NCBI GenBank assembly: GCA_963710125.1
Contig: CAVPZH010000016.1
Location: forward strand, 72,915 to 136,914
From: an uncultured Actinomycetes bacterium
GTDB lineage: Bacteria > Actinomycetota > Thermoleophilia > Gaiellales > Gaiellaceae
Direction of reading: 5' to 3'
Length of the DNA: 64,000 bases
In this document: piece after piece, positions 62,843 to 64,000 of the stretch
Layout of the letters: each line of letters starts with the position of its first letter
How positions within the stretch are numbered: the stretch's first letter is position 1
Position numbers and translations under genes: made by a program
The notes under the pieces: model-generated
Database searches by the model: none
What the model saw: only the letters and a program-made list of their open reading frames with translations
What the model was told of the DNA's origin: nothing

Positions 62843-63367
62843 CTAGGCGGCCCGGCGCAAGCGACGTTCCTGTGCGTCGCACCACGCGACTCCCCATTCG
62901 CAGTAGTCCAGGCCCCAGCGATAGACGAGGTCGACGAACGTCGGATCGGGCCCGGTTCCGTCGTCGAGCGAGCGCAGGTACTCGAGCATGCCGCGGTAGC
63001 CCTCGCGCCGTGCGGCCAGCAGCCCGAGCGCGTGCTCCGAGGGGAGCATGTCGGCGAAGAACAGGCGCAGCAGCGACTCGTCGCGGAGCTCGATGTGCGT
63101 CTCGCGACCGTCGAGCCACCCGCGCAGCTCGCGCTGCCCTTCGGCCGTGATCGTGTAGACGCGCCTCGAGCGCGCGCCCCGCGAGCCGTCGGCCCCCTCG
63201 ATCCAGCCGGCCGCCTCCAGCCGCCTCAGCTCGGGGTAGATCTGGCCGTAGCTCGCCGCCCAGAAGTGTCGGATCGTCCGGTCAACGGCCTGCTTGATCT
63301 CGTAGCCGCTTCTTGGGCGTTCCGCGAGTAGTCCGAGAACCGCCCAGGTGACCGCCGTCGGCTCCAT
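62843..63367 (-). CDS. PadR-family transcriptional regulator
   Basis: Winged-helix block LGLLAERPRSGYEIKQAVDRTIRHFWAASYGQIYPELRRLEAAGWI...VYTITAEGQRELRGWL. Confidence 0.9.
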   Translation of the reverse strand: MEPTAVTWAVLGLLAERPRSGYEIKQAVDRTIRHFWAASYGQIYPELRRLEAAGWIEGADGSRGARSRRVYTITAEGQRELRGWLDGRETHIELRDESLLRLFFADMLPSEHALGLLAARREGYRGMLEYLRSLDDGTGPDPTFVDLVYRWGLDYCEWGVAWCDAQERRLRRAA

Positions 63368-63631
63368 CTATCTGTACGATATATCTCTGCGCTATATCCG
63401 TCAAGGGGCAACCAAATCCTTGGGCGGTGGTGTACTGCGAGGAATGCGGCTGCCGTTCCGGCGAGCCCGTCGAATCGATTGGGCGCCACCATGCCGGGTT
63501 GGGGAACCCCGACGGCCCGCGCAGGTGATCTCGACCGCTAAGCGCCAAGTCGGCCGACCATCGTAGGAACGATGAGCATCCCCGAACTCCGCTGCTCCGC
63601 AGAGGGGCGGTTGCTCCTCGGGGGCGCGAAC

Positions 63632-64000
63632 TGTCAAGGGGCACCGAAAAGTGCACCGGTTTCGGGCACCGAAAAGTGCACCATCCGCCGCGTCCGAGGA
63701 TGATCGCGCCGCTCAGGCGGAGTCGCGGAGCGACGGAGCCTGAGCGGCGGGCACGACCTCGACGCCCCGTTCGCGCAGGCGGTAGCTCTTGCCCTTGAGC
63801 GCGATCATCGTCGCGTGGTGGACGAGCCGGTCGATGAGCGCGGCGGCGACCATGGCGTCGCCGAGGATTTCGCCCCACTGCTCAAAGCCGCGGTTGGAGG
63901 TGACGATGATCGAGCCGCGCTCGTAGCGGCGGGAGACGAGCGCGAAGAGCAGGTTGGCGGCAGATCGTTCGAGCGGCAGGTAGCCGACCTCGTCGACGAC
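63632..64000 (-). mobile_element. IS21-family element, terminal part (extends beyond the window)
   Basis: The terminus starts at TGTCAAGGGGCACC (63632) and is followed by two identical 18-bp repeats GGCACCGAAAAGTGCACC (63640-63657 and 63665-63682), as expected for multi-repeat IS21 ends. The istB gene lies immediately inside. Confidence 0.7.
63713..64000 (-). CDS. istB: IstB-like IS21 helper ATPase, C-terminal 95 codons (5' part outside the window)
   Basis: The minus strand reads VVDEVGYLPLERSAANLLFALVSRRYERGSIIVTSNRGFEQWGEILGDAMVAAALIDRLVHHATMIALKGKSYRLRE..*. It is absent from the ORF track because no start codon lies in the window. Confidence 0.85.
   Translation of the reverse strand, partial: VVDEVGYLPLERSAANLLFALVSRRYERGSIIVTSNRGFEQWGEILGDAMVAAALIDRLVHHATMIALKGKSYRLRERGVEVVPAAQAPSLRDSA

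Overview
Very high-GC (roughly 70%) chromosome segment of Actinomycetota type; I cannot assign it more precisely. All functional calls come from reading the supplied translations and the DNA by eye (motifs, domain order, codon usage, start/stop overlaps). No database search was run. Many long Arg/Pro/Gly-rich ORFs in the track are out-of-frame or antisense shadows typical of high-GC DNA and were discarded.

Positions 1-43 kb are densely packed with mostly intact genes, many translationally coupled through GTGA/ATGA overlaps:
- a liv-type branched-chain amino-acid ABC transporter whose binding-protein gene is frameshifted;
- a GMC oxidoreductase with small subunit, plus an SDR;
- acetoacetate-CoA ligase;
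- a TPP-dependent E1 alpha/beta pair;
- a CoxL/S/M-like molybdenum hydroxylase;
- an extradiol dioxygenase, MTHFR fusion and LigM-like THF-dependent O-demethylase trio;
- a four-gene module of a split PEP-synthase-like kinase (PpsA/PpsB type), BCCP and carboxyltransferase, with no biotin carboxylase anywhere in the window. This is my best candidate for an undescribed system;
- envelope and signalling genes: an orphan PAS histidine kinase, dodecin, a His/Asn/Gly-rich anchored surface protein whose C-terminal half lies in a frame absent from the ORF track, a GGDEF-EAL protein, a Na+/H+ antiporter, and a GT28 glycosyltransferase with a NodB deacetylase.

Positions 43.3-64 kb are a patchier, locally lower-GC accessory region. 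It holds several frameshifted or truncated genes and a cytoplasmic metzincin-like protein with a QExxHxxGxxH motif. An IS256-like element has its left and right ends bracketing a 3-kb adenylate-cyclase/STAND/TPR passenger gene. The region also contains a two-component system with small envelope proteins, a 3' half of a tRNA-Gly(GCC)-like gene (a possible att remnant), a PadR regulator, and the end of an IS21-family element (istB runs off the window).

I found no rRNA, intact tRNA, CRISPR array, prophage structural genes or canonical defence system.
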